NCBI RefSeq assembly: GCF_001194135.2 | Contig: NC_068981.1 | Span: 95,989,523 to 96,022,965 of the forward strand | Length of the DNA: 33,443 nucleotides | Direction of reading: 5' to 3' | DNA from: Octopus bimaculoides | Lineage: Eukaryota | Shown here: one piece after another, positions 10,001 through 20,400 of the stretch | How positions within the stretch are numbered: the first letter of the stretch is position 1 | Layout of the letters: each line of letters opens with the position of its first letter | The notes under the pieces: generated by a model | What the model saw: the letters and a program-made list of their open reading frames with translations, nothing else | Told to the model about the DNA's origin: nothing | Database searches by the model: none | Program-made: the position numbers and the translations under genes

Positions 10001-11515
10001 AAAACTCTACTAAACGCAGGAGTTAAATACTTTAGATAATTTGCGCAGAAAGAGGACGTCACAAAGCTGACCTTTTCGGTATAATCACCACCTCATGCGA
10101 TACAAAGTAGAAACTAGCTTCGTAGGATTCGGGGGAGGGGGGTTCAGTTTATATCAATCTAAAGCTCTTGACAGAATCAACCATTACTACTTGACAGTTG
10201 TCTTAGATGAAGCCAATTTTGATACCGTTTTAAGAGGCTTTGCTTAGTGGCTTCTGCTCGATGGTTAGACTTAGTTGCTTTTTATCGGAACCATTTCAAT
10301 CGCGTGCTCGGTCTTTTTTCATTGGTCTTGTAAATTTCACTGCTTAAGCAGTGCTCTGAAAATCAGATATATTAAAGGTCACTCTACTCGAATTGGGACA
10401 CAGGACAACTTCATCCGTATACGTAGACGGTGTCACCGTCATAGTGAAGGACATCTCTGAAATCATGGTGGTAGGTACTATACTAAAACCATATGATTGG
10501 GTAACAGAAGCAAGTGTATGTAAAATAGTAACTCAGAAAAGGAGCCTTAACTGGTGGAGCCTTAATTGCATTCTACAATTGATTACTGGCAAGTATGCGT
10601 GCCAATTTTCTGGAGGATGGATTCTTTGGAAATTACTAGTTTGAGATCAATTCTACAGGTTACTCTATTCTCTATACTCTATACTCTATTCTACAGGAAG
10701 TTCGACGTCTGTCTCATTCATCCACTCACAGTTATATTTATTTGGGCATATATGAAGTGAAACAACAGCAAATAAGAGTAGAAGCTGTGTTATCAATTCA
10801 GTTCGCTCGAATATCCTCTCTTCTAATGCGTGTGTCAATGTACTTCTATGTGAACACAATTTAGGACATTGTCAAGCAAGGAAAGCAAATTGTTTTACAG
10901 AGGAACTCAGTCAAGCGTCTTTAAAAAAATTTTTTTTTTGTTTTTCAGGAAATAAATTATTCAGCACAAATCTTTTTCACAAAAGCAAATACCACTCTAT
11001 CCTTTGTTTATTAGATCACGAAAATGACCGGGCTTACATGAAGAGATAACTATGAGAAGTGGAGCAATATAAAGGGAATGAGAAGAATAAGAGTTAGGGA
11101 TATTAAGTTTTCGGGTAAGTAAACAGTAGGAAACAACAAACCTAGTATAAAAAATTATATGTACGGCCTCAAGGGAGCCAGATACCCTCCACTTCTAGCC
11201 TCTTACTGAAAGAGCTTGGTTAGATGGCAATACTGGGACGCGAATTTCCGATACATATATCCTCTTGGTAGTTAAAACAATTTAATACGCTGGTAAGTGT
11301 GGATTAAAATGAACCCAGGTCACGCGTTTTTCAGTTGCTTTCTAACTTCCCTCTCCTGCTAAAATCAATTTAATATTTCCATTTGTTTGGTAATGCATTT
11401 TTTTTTCTCTTCTAATTTAATTTTCGAAATAAAATGAATTTTTGTTCTAAATTTAATTCCAAAACTGCGTGACATTATATCTGCCACATTGTATAAGTAT
11501 TTCAGTCTCGCTACA

Positions 11516-11546
<31 letters not shown>

Positions 11547-11723
11547 GTACGTACGTACGTACGTACATATATACATGCATACATATATACATACATACAT
11601 TGCATCATAAATATGTGTGTGTATGTGTGTGTGTGTGTGTACATAAATATAAATGTATGCATGCATATATGTATGTATATATAAATATAGATATACGTAT
11701 ATATGTGTGTGTATGTATATGTG

Positions 11724-11761
<38 letters not shown>

Positions 11762-11771
11762 NNNNNNNNNN

Positions 11772-11803
<32 letters not shown>

Positions 11804-11884
11804 GCGTGTTTATATCTATGTGTATATATCTATGTGTATATATTTACATATGTATGTATGCACTTGTGTATCTATACATATATA

Positions 11885-11901
11885 CATACAGACAGACAGA
11901 C

Positions 11902-11976
<75 letters not shown>
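11885..11976. repeat. (CAGA)n then (TAGA)n microsatellite
   Basis: Direct reading. Confidence 0.97.
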
Positions 11977-11977
<1 letters not shown>

Positions 11978-12145
11978 GTGTGCTTCTCAGGGTATGCGTC
12001 TCCTCATCTAAAAACGAAATATTTCTCTCTTAAAATGCTCCAATAAGAAATTCAATTTTAATTAAATTAATTATAGCATTGGTAGCAAATGTCTATGTGA
12101 TAAAATAGAATATAAGAATCGCAAACACTATGCTATATGCCCACA

Positions 12146-12233
12146 GGCACATGGCATAGTGGGGGCATATGGCATAGTGGTTAAGAGCGCGGGCTACTAA
12201 TCCCAAGATTACGAGTTCGATTCCAGACAGTGA

Positions 12234-12265
<32 letters not shown>

Positions 12266-12400
12266 GCATCAAAAAATACCTTAGGAATGAGAACCCGGGT
12301 TCCCCAAGACTCCTGATAAAGGCTGGAGGGTATATCAACCGAAACGTTGTGTTAACAACAAACAAGATGAGGACAAATATCCGTCAAAAGTAAATAATGT
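12146..12400 (+). mobile_element. tRNA-headed SINE (family C) with internal (AAT)n and Penelope/hammerhead-like 3' region
   Basis: A-box TGGCATAGTGGTT, B-box GAGTTCGATTCC, (AAT)n at 12238-12264, and CTGATAAAGGCTG...CAACCGAAACGTTGTGTT at 12313-12353. The first 17 bp are duplicated (12146-12162 and 12164-12180). Confidence 0.75.
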
Positions 12401-13008
12401 ATATACTAGACCTGTATTCCGATACACTCAAACACATTCTGAGACACACACAATATCACTTGCTTATATTGTGTACAATATATNNNNNNNNNNNNNNNNN
12501 NNNNNNNNNNNNNNNNNNNNNNNNNNNNNNNNNNNNNNNNNNNNNNNNNNNNNNNNNNNNNNNNNNNNNNNNNNNNNNNNNNNNNNNNNNNNNNNNNNNN
12601 NNNNNNNNNNNNNNNNNNNNNNNNNNNNNNNNNNNNNNNNNNNNNNNNNNNNNNNNNNNNNNNNNNNNNNNNNNNNNNNNNNNNNNNNNNNNNNNNNNNN
12701 NNNNNNNNNNNNNNNNNNNNNNNNNNNNNNNNNNNNNNNNNNNNNNNNNNNNNNNNNNNNNNNNNNNNNNNNNNNNNNNNNNNNNNNNNNNNNNNNNNNN
12801 NNNNNNNNNNNNNNNNNNNNNNNNNNNNNNNNNNNNNNNNNNNNNNNNNNNNNNNNNNNNNNNNNNNNNNNNNNNNNNNNNNNNNNNNNNNNNNNNNNNN
12901 NNNNNNNNNNNNNNNNNNNNNNNNNNNNNNNNNNNNNNNNNNNNNNNNNNNNNNNNNNNNNNNNNNNNNNNNNNNNNNNNNNNNNNNNNNNNNNNNNNNN
13001 NNNNNNNN

Positions 13009-13068
<60 letters not shown>

Positions 13069-13106
13069 CAAATTAAATGGGTGGCTTATTCGCAATTTGA
13101 ACCCAA

Positions 13107-13561
13107 ATGCAAAATTAATAGAGGTCACAAAAGTGAGTGGGCACTGACTAACACCACTATTGCTAGAAAGAAGAGTTAAAACAACTCAAAATCCACAATA
13201 CACTATCTTAATGACTGGCAAAAGTGGGGTAAGTCCCCATCGTATATAGTCGGATTTAATTTGTTGTTTACACTTTTACCGTTTTGAAAATCATATGATT
13301 TCAACGGTTTTCTTATAAGACTGACAGAGGTAGATAAGTTTAACCCTAGGCGTTAAGAGTCGCTGACGAGGATTAAGATGGTCTACATCAAAATCCGAAA
13401 TCGTCGATCCAACTATATACGCTAGGGACTTACCCCCCCCCCCTTTGTCAGTCATTAAGATAGTGTTTTGTGGCTTTTGAGTTGTTTTAACTCTTCTTTC
13501 GAGCAATAGTGGTGTTAGTCAGTACCCACTGTCACTTTTGTGACCTCCATCAATTTTGCAT
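13107..13561. mobile_element. Foldback/MITE-like element with about 150-bp inverted arms
   Basis: ATGCAAAATTAATAGAGGTCACAAAAGTG...CTATCTTAATGACTGGCAAA...GGTAAGTCCC (from 13107) is mirrored at high identity by 13400-13561; spacer about 140 bp. Confidence 0.85.
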
Positions 13562-14339
13562 ATATATATATATAAAATACAAGAGTGGCTCGACTTGTGG
13601 TGCAGAGTAGAAAGCTAATCTGTTACACACTTTGCAGTAAGAGTCACTTGACGGCTTTCTTCCCTGTGCAACTGGACATTCAGAGAACGTGAGAGAGAAA
13701 GCGGCAGACAGCAGCAGGATCCGGAAGATGTTATTTCTTAGAAACCTCCAAGGATGGATGAAGACTTCACCTCGTCCTCGGCGCCAGTTTCTGAGGACAA
13801 AGAAACCGATGACCAGGCGCTAGAAGTTCTCCTTTTCTAGTAGTACCATTCTTTCTTCTTGCGTTACTGGGTAATGAATGGTGGCAAACTGTGGCTAACA
13901 GCAAAAAGATAAAAAGAGAACATAAACGAAAAAATTCAATCCAAACACGCTGTACAGACGGAAAACAACCCCTCATGTCACTGCAGACAACAAGAAATAC
14001 ACGGGTATTCACATTACAACTGAGTTCAAGATAGTTCTGTAGGTGAAGTGCTGCCTGAAGAGAACCAAAAATGAAAGTTATAGAGTGCTCTGATCCAACT
14101 TCCGTTGTTTTTCATTCGTTAGCCGATGGGTTACTAAATTCGTGGTTTATATATTAGTTTGATTATATCCTATGTTGCATATTGCTACTTTTTATATAAT
14201 CTTATATTTATTTTGCGATTTTAATTTATTTCAAATTTTCAATATGTACCTTGTATAAAGTTCTTATTCCTCCCCTCGTTCATATAACTTTGTCGTGTCC
14301 TTCGAACTTTTTGCTGTGCCTATGTATAACATTATATTT

Positions 14340-14410
14340 CTATGTATGTATGCATGTATGTATGTATGCATGTATGTATGTATGCATGTATGTATGTATG
14401 TATGTATGTA
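14340..14410. repeat. (TGTA)n microsatellite flanking the RTE 5' junction
   Basis: Direct reading. Confidence 0.95.
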
Positions 14411-14422
14411 ATCTATCTGATG

Positions 14423-15852
14423 AATGGTAATCTATCTGATGAATTTTCAGTGGACAACGGTGTAAAATAGGGAGATATTCTTGCCCCTACACTTTTCTCT
14501 ATATATTTTGCCACATTGCTTTGGTATGCATTTGAGGATTGTAACAGGGGAATCGGAATCAGATTCCGGACATCTTGTAGCATATTTAATCTGACCAGGT
14601 TTAACTGTAAGGCAAAGGTTTTCAGAGTACTTGTCAGAGAATTGCTCTATGCTGATGATGCTGACTTGCTGGCACACACAGAGGAAGATATGCAACATTT
14701 AATGGATAGATTTTCCACTGCATGTACATATTTTGGATTCACAGTAAGTCTGAGAAAAACCAAGGTAATGTTTACCCCCACACCTGGACAAATATATACT
14801 GAACCAAACATCTTTGTGAACGGAACAAGATTAGAAGTCATTGNNNNNNNNNNNNNNNNNNNNNNNNNNNNNNNNNNNNNNNNNNNNNNNNNNNNNNNNN
14901 NNNNNNNNNNNNNNNNNNNNNNNNNNNNNNNNNNNNNNNNNNNNNNNNNNNNNNNNNNNNNNNNNNNNNNNNNNNNNNNNNNNNNNNNNNNNNNNNNNNN
15001 NNNNNNNNNNNNNNNNNNNNNNNNNNNNNNNNNNNNNNNNNNNNNNNNNNNNNNNNNNNNNNNNNNNNNNNNNNNNNNNNNNNNNNNNNNNNNNNNNNNN
15101 NNNNNNNNNNNNNNNNNNNNNNNNNNNNNNNNNNNNNNNNNNNNNNNNNNNNNNNNNNNNNNNNNNNNNNNNNNNNNNNNNNNNNNNNNNNNNNNNNNNN
15201 NNNNNNNNNNNNNNNNNNNNNNNNNNNNNNNNNNNNNNNNNNNNNNNNNNNNNNNNNNNNNNNNNNNNNNNNNNNNNNNNNNNNNNNNNNNNNNNNNNNN
15301 NNNNNNNNNNNNNNNNNNNNNNNNNNNNNNNNNNNNNNNNNNNNNNNNNNNNNNNNNNNNNNNNNNNNNNNNNNNNNNNNNNNNNNNNNNNNNNNNNNNN
15401 NNNNNNNNNNNNNNNNNNNNNNNNNNNNNNNNNNNNNNNNNNNNNNNNNNNNNNNNNNNNNNNNNNNNNNNNNNNNGTGTATTGTGTGTGATCGCGTTCT
15501 TCTGTCAAAAGCAGGATATGTGAATCACATGAAAACACATGAGGGTAGAAATTCCAGACACCCTAAATACCAACCGCCTTCTGCGACCTGTGGCATATGT
15601 CACAAGGTTTGTAAAACAATACCCGGACTTAAGAGGCATATGCTGGTTCACAGAAGCGTTTCCTTAGAATCAGATACCAGCGGGCAAGGATCGAGAGGCC
15701 TGAACATTTGTCATCTGTGCTGTAGACCTTGTCGCTCAGCAGCCGGACTTCAAAGTCACTTGAGGGCTCACCAACGAAGTGATTGTACTGCGTGATGATA
15801 CGTGTGGATTGTTGATGGGATGACTATCGTCTGTCAAGATGGAGCAGTCGTC
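14423..15852 (+). mobile_element. 5'-truncated RTE-clade LINE: RT domain, gap, three C2H2 zinc fingers, 3' UTR
   Basis: NGNLSDEFSVDNGVK*GDILAPTLFSIYF (GVKQG-LAPTLF motif with a stop), RELLYADDADLLAH (YADD), FGFTVSLRKTKVM. After the gap there are three Cx2Cx12Hx3H fingers (15478-15775) and a stop at 15793-15795, then a short 3' UTR running into (TGTA)n. Confidence 0.93.
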
Positions 15853-15877
15853 ATGTATGTATGTATGTATGTGTGTA

Positions 15878-15923
<46 letters not shown>

Positions 15924-15944
15924 CATGTATGTATGTAAACGTAT

Positions 15945-16085
15945 GGCCTCACTGGGGTGAATGTGATCGGCATACCCCTTCCCTCAAAATTATTGGCCTT
16001 ATGTCAAAATTAGAAACGTTTATTATAAAGACGGCGGACTAACAGAATCATTAGCACGCTATAAAAAAATGCTTAGCGACATTTC
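15945..16085 (+). mobile_element. Family A SINE fragments (tail piece plus truncated head)
   Basis: CACTGGGGTGAATGTGATCG...AAAATTATTGGCCTTATG...AGAAACGTTTATTAT, then AAGACGGCGGACTAACAGAATCATTAGCACG...AAATGCTTAGCGACATTT. Confidence 0.7.
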
Positions 16086-16450
16086 CTAGTATTGCAAAAG
16101 CTTTTGATTTAGTCCCATTGGACAGTAAACATGAGTACCTGGAAGATGTAGAGCAACATATTAACAGGGGAGAACGAAAAGTTACACTCATTATACCACA
16201 AATAAGTCTACAGCAAATGGATAAAAAGAAGCAGCGGTATACAGATGCATAACATTGAAGAGAAATAGACCAGAGCAGGCTGAACCCTGCTTGTCGTACA
16301 CGCTAGCTAACATGGTTGCATACGAGTGAGTTTTCAATCTAAGATCCTTGCCTAGAACTACTCTCCTGTCCTACGCAAAAGTCAGTAATTTACTGAGATA
16401 CCAATTAGCCTGGGTCAGAGAGTTATTGCGGTAAGATTTATGAAACATAT
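16082..16450 (+). mobile_element. Decayed CR1/Jockey-group RT fragment
   Basis: TTCCTAG-TATTGCAAAAGCTTTTGATTTAGTCCCA reads FL(D)IAKAFDLVP; LLSYAK lies downstream at a plausible YADD position; many frameshifts. Confidence 0.5.
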
Positions 16451-16869
16451 CTCCTGATATGTTGAAAGTTGTATTGGAGAACAGGAAAATACTGTCAGAA
16501 ACAAAAAAGATTCCGAAAGTAAAATTGTTTGCAGATCCTGATTCATGTAAAACCTGAGTACTGGACAGGATCCCGACCTAACAGAGATCCCAGAAGAGTA
16601 GCAACTTCAGATTGTTGTGAAGGTTAGATGCTACAAGTGTCGATCCTGTGGTAGTTTTTGAGGACGAAGATTCTTCTGCTGCTTTTGTTGCTGTTGCTTC
16701 CAGTGTTGTTTTTGTAGCTGGTGCTACGTTGTTGTAATTGCTGCTGTCGTTGTCACTGTCAATACCAACAGCTGTTGTTGCATGAAGGACGGATCCGATT
16801 TTCGACTGAATCCGCCGTGAAGATTTCCCCGCCACTCTCCTCTAACAAAGCTGGGTAAGCAGCGTTCCT

Positions 16870-17082
16870 CTGCCTAAGGGTTATGGTCAAAGAGAATGAA
16901 AAGATTGAGGGCAGAGATCGTCCTCTTCAGTGAATCACTTATTGGCTTTTTTCAAGTTCGACATGGAAAGGAAATTGAGAGTGGAAAGATATAGGTTCTT
17001 CTTCTGCAGTGAATTTGTCAAATTGTGGCTAACTGTGGTGAAAATGGCTGGGGTTAGGATCTGTTCTAAGCATGCCCCTTAG
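16870..17082 (+). mobile_element. C-terminal fragment of a Tx1/L1-like LINE ORF2
   Basis: RLRAEIVLFSESLIGFFKFDMERKLRVERYRFFFCSEFVKLWLTVVKMAG resembles the ...FFKxxxxRKxRVER...FxxxW C-terminus as I recall it for this group; not verified by search. Confidence 0.5.
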
Positions 17083-17390
17083 AGTTGTTCCCTTCTTTTA
17101 GAGTAGGAAAACAACAGGTATTTGAGGAATCGTGCTCTTAGTTGCCAAGGGGAACCTAGTGGCTCGTTGGATACAGGCGTCGAAATCTGTGAGGATCGTT
17201 GTTATGAAAATCCCACATAAATTGTAACTTGTCCTTGTAACGTTCCTTCATCAGACGCCCCAGTGGAAAATAAAAGAAATCTATATATATGCTTTTTGTT
17301 TGTTTTCTCATATAAGACGTTTTAATCTGCTTTCTAATTTATAAAAAAAAAATTGTTGATAGCTTATCCTTTATAAACTATCAACAAAAC

Positions 17391-18576
17391 CTGACCGACG
17401 CCCATTTGGCGTTCTTCCTGTTAAAGAACTGCTTCGCCATGCCGAAGCTTCTGTATACCTTCCCCAGTACTCCTTGCTACAGCCACCATCCCTCCTCACA
17501 GATCTCGACGCTTGTGGCCAACAGGGCGCTGAGGAGATATGCAATGTCCGGTTTGATGACATCGGATAGCAACAGGCCACTCTAAACGTCAGGTATGGTG
17601 GCCTCGGACTCCAGTCTCCAGTCTCACTAACTGCCGGACATTTTTCTCGGTGATACGGCAAGAATACCGTGTCCTCATCAATAAACTTCTTCACTACACA
17701 ATTGAACCTACTGTGATCGGGGAACGCGAGGTGGCCTGCCCGACATGGAACCAGTTCAGCATCTGCCCTGCAAACGTCCATTCCCATCTCTCCTTTTTAA
17801 AAGTCCAGTTGCCCCTATAACAAATGGGATGCCATTCAGGGCAACATGATCTCAGACGGGCTGGTGCGCCGACTTGACCAGCACTGTTTGGCATGTTTTT
17901 ACTCGGCTTGCCAGCCCCAAGCGATGTCTGGCTCAACGCAGCACCATTACTCTCGACTGACACTCAGCTAGATAGCGACTTTTAACGCATCTGTATTTCC
18001 CTGAGGCTCGGCCTCCGGATCTGTGATCCTCATAAATACTGCTGTAGTTCCACTGGATTCTTTCGGCCTCCACCCATTGTCATGCCATTGTAGTACTGAC
18101 CCCTTCCACTCCATCCTGCTCTCAAAGATGTCATAAAACATGGCCTGGCCACTGCAGGTTTCTCTTCCCATCCCGAGCCAGCGGGGCTGGACGAGGAGAC
18201 ATTAAAAGGCCAGACGGCATGGCAATTTTTCCGTTCCGCAGTGGTAGGCCCCTCATCTGGGATGCCACATGTTGTTTATACCTTCTCCACCGGCAACCTC
18301 GTATGTTCGGCTATCGGCCCCTCTTTTGCTGCTCATTAGGCCGAAGAGGGCAAACTATCAAAGTATTGGCCGCACTGTGACATGTTTGTTGTTAAGCCTG
18401 TGGCAGTGGAGACCTCCGGCGTTCTTGACCCCAGGATTACATCCCTGCTCATTGCCATCAGGGTGGAGATAACTACCTGCAAGTTCGAGTCCTGTGAATC
18501 GGAGTAGCTGTTTCAGTGTGTCTACCTCGCCATCCTCTGGGGCAACACGTTCTCCATTCTGTCTGCCGGACTATAA
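17391..18576 (+). mobile_element. 5'-truncated CRE-like (RLE-type) non-LTR retrotransposon, pseudogenised
   Basis: Frameshifted peptides in the expected order: DAHLAFFLLKNCFAMPKLLY; ICNVRFDDIG*QQATLNVRYGGLGL; KWD; RLDQHCLACF; VWLNAAP; RICISLRLGLRICDPHKYCC...GLHPLSC (zinc knuckle); HPALKDVIKHGL; EPAGLD/RGDIKRPDG...LIWDATC (PD-D nuclease, 18207-18263); AEEGKLSKY; KPVAVETSGV; LFQCVYLAILWGNTFSILSAGL*. Confidence 0.9.
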
Positions 18577-18959
18577 GGTGGACTGACAAGTATTTTTACT
18601 TAACGAAATTATCCGTTATCCAGCTTACAACATATGACAATTATTTTACTAAATTGTTTATCCTCTTAAGTATTTTTTAATTGATAGTTTTATATTCTAT
18701 TTGTTGTGGAATGGATCACGATCTTCTAAGGCTGGTTGACTTCGCTGTTTTTGCCGTATTAGGTTTACAATTTTGAAAAGAAAATATTTCATTGTAAAGC
18801 AATTAATAATAAAAATAGCGTGGCAAATGACAAATATAGTCGCTTGCATGAATGGATGGAGAGAGGAAGAAGAATTAGAAAGGAAAAGACGATTACCATT
18901 AAAATTCACTCATATCATTTGTTTCGCTGATGGCAACTCCCCATTTCCCCAAACTCAAT

Positions 18960-19110
18960 TCAACTGCTGCTATGTAGCAACATGAACAGCGTGTAGAAGA
19001 GTAGCAATAACAGCAGCTGCAGCAGCAACATCAACAACAAAATTTAACAGTAACAAAAGCACCGAAATCAGAAATACGAGCAACAATAACGTATGACGGT
19101 GACCACCACC
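18960..19110. repeat. Degenerate CAG/CAA low-complexity tract
   Basis: Direct reading; similar tracts at 19710-19770 and 28330-28395. Confidence 0.8.
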
Positions 19111-19411
19111 TTCAGCACAACGGTGTACCGACTGTATATCGCTGCATCAAGTAACACCGTCACCATCACTTCGAAAGTTAGCAAAATCACCTCAAGCTGC
19201 AAAAGTTGCAACAAGGGCTACAGCAAGGCGGCTACAGGACGGACTTGTTGGCCAGTGCGACTACAGTGTAGTGGGTGTGCCAGCCAAAATAAACGTCCAA
19301 TGGTTGGCGCCAGTAGTTTTGCATGAACAAGAAGAAAATATGAGAATTCTGAAGCTGCACAAACTACACTAAAAAAGAAGTGGGACAGGAATAGAGCACT
19401 TGAGCCAAATA

Positions 19412-19538
19412 CAGGGTATCCACAAAGTCTGGGTACATGGAGTAAATAAAATCATAACATAAACACTTAAATATAAGAAATTATAATTTCTTAAAGTATG
19501 TGTTAATCCCCATGTACCCAGACTTTGTGGACACCCTG
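19412..19538. mobile_element. 127-bp Tc1/mariner-type MITE
   Basis: 29-bp TIRs CAGGGTATCCACAAAGTCTGGGTACATGG and CCATGTACCCAGACTTTGTGGACACCCTG (one mismatch); TA on both sides (19410-11, 19539-40). Confidence 0.93.
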
Positions 19539-20124
19539 TATATCTGAAAAGCTCGAAAGCATCCTAAACCTGATCGAGAGGCCAAGACATAGCCAGTTAT
19601 TTGCATATACATTCATGTTTCAGTTTGTCTGTTTTTATCTATAACAGAAAGCAAAGCAAAAGAGAAAAGGCCTACAATGTTACAAACCTGGAAAAAATAC
19701 ATTAACAACCAGAACAACAGCAGCAGTAGCGACCAAAAGCAGTGACAACAACAACAACAACAACAGAACCTTCCAAGCAGTGTGTTTTTCTCCCCAACAA
19801 GCATTTACACACAGGCAAGGATTTACTTTTACTCTCTCTCCATCTCACTGTAGATATTCTGGGAGAACTTCTATGGCTAGGCTACGATCAATGGTGCTCA
19901 TGGGCAGTTACATAGATTCCTGTTTGCGGAAGTAATCTGAGCAGAAAGTGATCAAGGACATGATGTGCTCTGTTCCTCCTTAGTTTGGGGCTTCATTTCT
20001 TTGTATGGGTGGGTTTTCTTTAATCACCTTAATTGTTTAATTTGTATTTAAATTTGTGGCCTCTTGTGTCTATATCAGAAACCAATATTTCGTTAGGTCC
20101 CTTTATGTTTATGATTTGAAATGG

Positions 20125-20400
20125 TCCTGGGTCGACTTTAGCTTTTGTCTGCCATAGATCGATAAAATGAAAACTAATACCAATCTGGTAGATTGGTAGA
20201 ACCTTTAAGGCGTCATGCTAAATGCCTATTTAGTTACATCCGTTTGTCTTCTGTGTTCAAATTCTTTGAGATTTTGCTTTTCATTCTTCCGCAATCAATA
20301 AAATATTGTATTATTGCAGTACTTGGGTTGATTTAATCAACTACACTCTCACTTGAATTTTTGCCCTTGTGCCAGTGCCAGCAATCAATATTATATTGAG
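20125..20400 (+). mobile_element. Old degenerate family A SINE copies
   Basis: GGGTCGACTTTAGCTTTTGTC...GATCGATAAAATG, then TGTGTTCAAATTC...TTTGCTTTTCATTCTT...ACTTGGGTTGATTTAATC. Confidence 0.6.

Noticed and set aside
11543-11570. 28-bp perfect palindrome ATATGTAC(GTAC)nATAT
   Set aside because: A trivial product of a self-complementary (GTAC)n unit within a TACA microsatellite.
13620-14335. Possible LINE 3' remnant (NNPSCHCRQQEIH, CCHC-like) with a T-rich UTR
   Set aside because: Only one partial motif and many stops, too weak to call.
16578-16835. 85-aa Ser/Thr/Ala-rich ORF
   Set aside because: Derived from a degenerate GTT/GCT trinucleotide tract.
17371-18171. Minus-strand ORFs of 138, 89 and 67 aa, first considered as a Gypsy integrase
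   Set aside because: They are antisense to the plus-strand CRE-like ORF, which explains the region with many ordered motifs.
19093-19326. 77-aa Thr/Ser/Cys ORF
   Set aside because: Low-complexity continuation of the CAG/CAA tract with no domain pattern.
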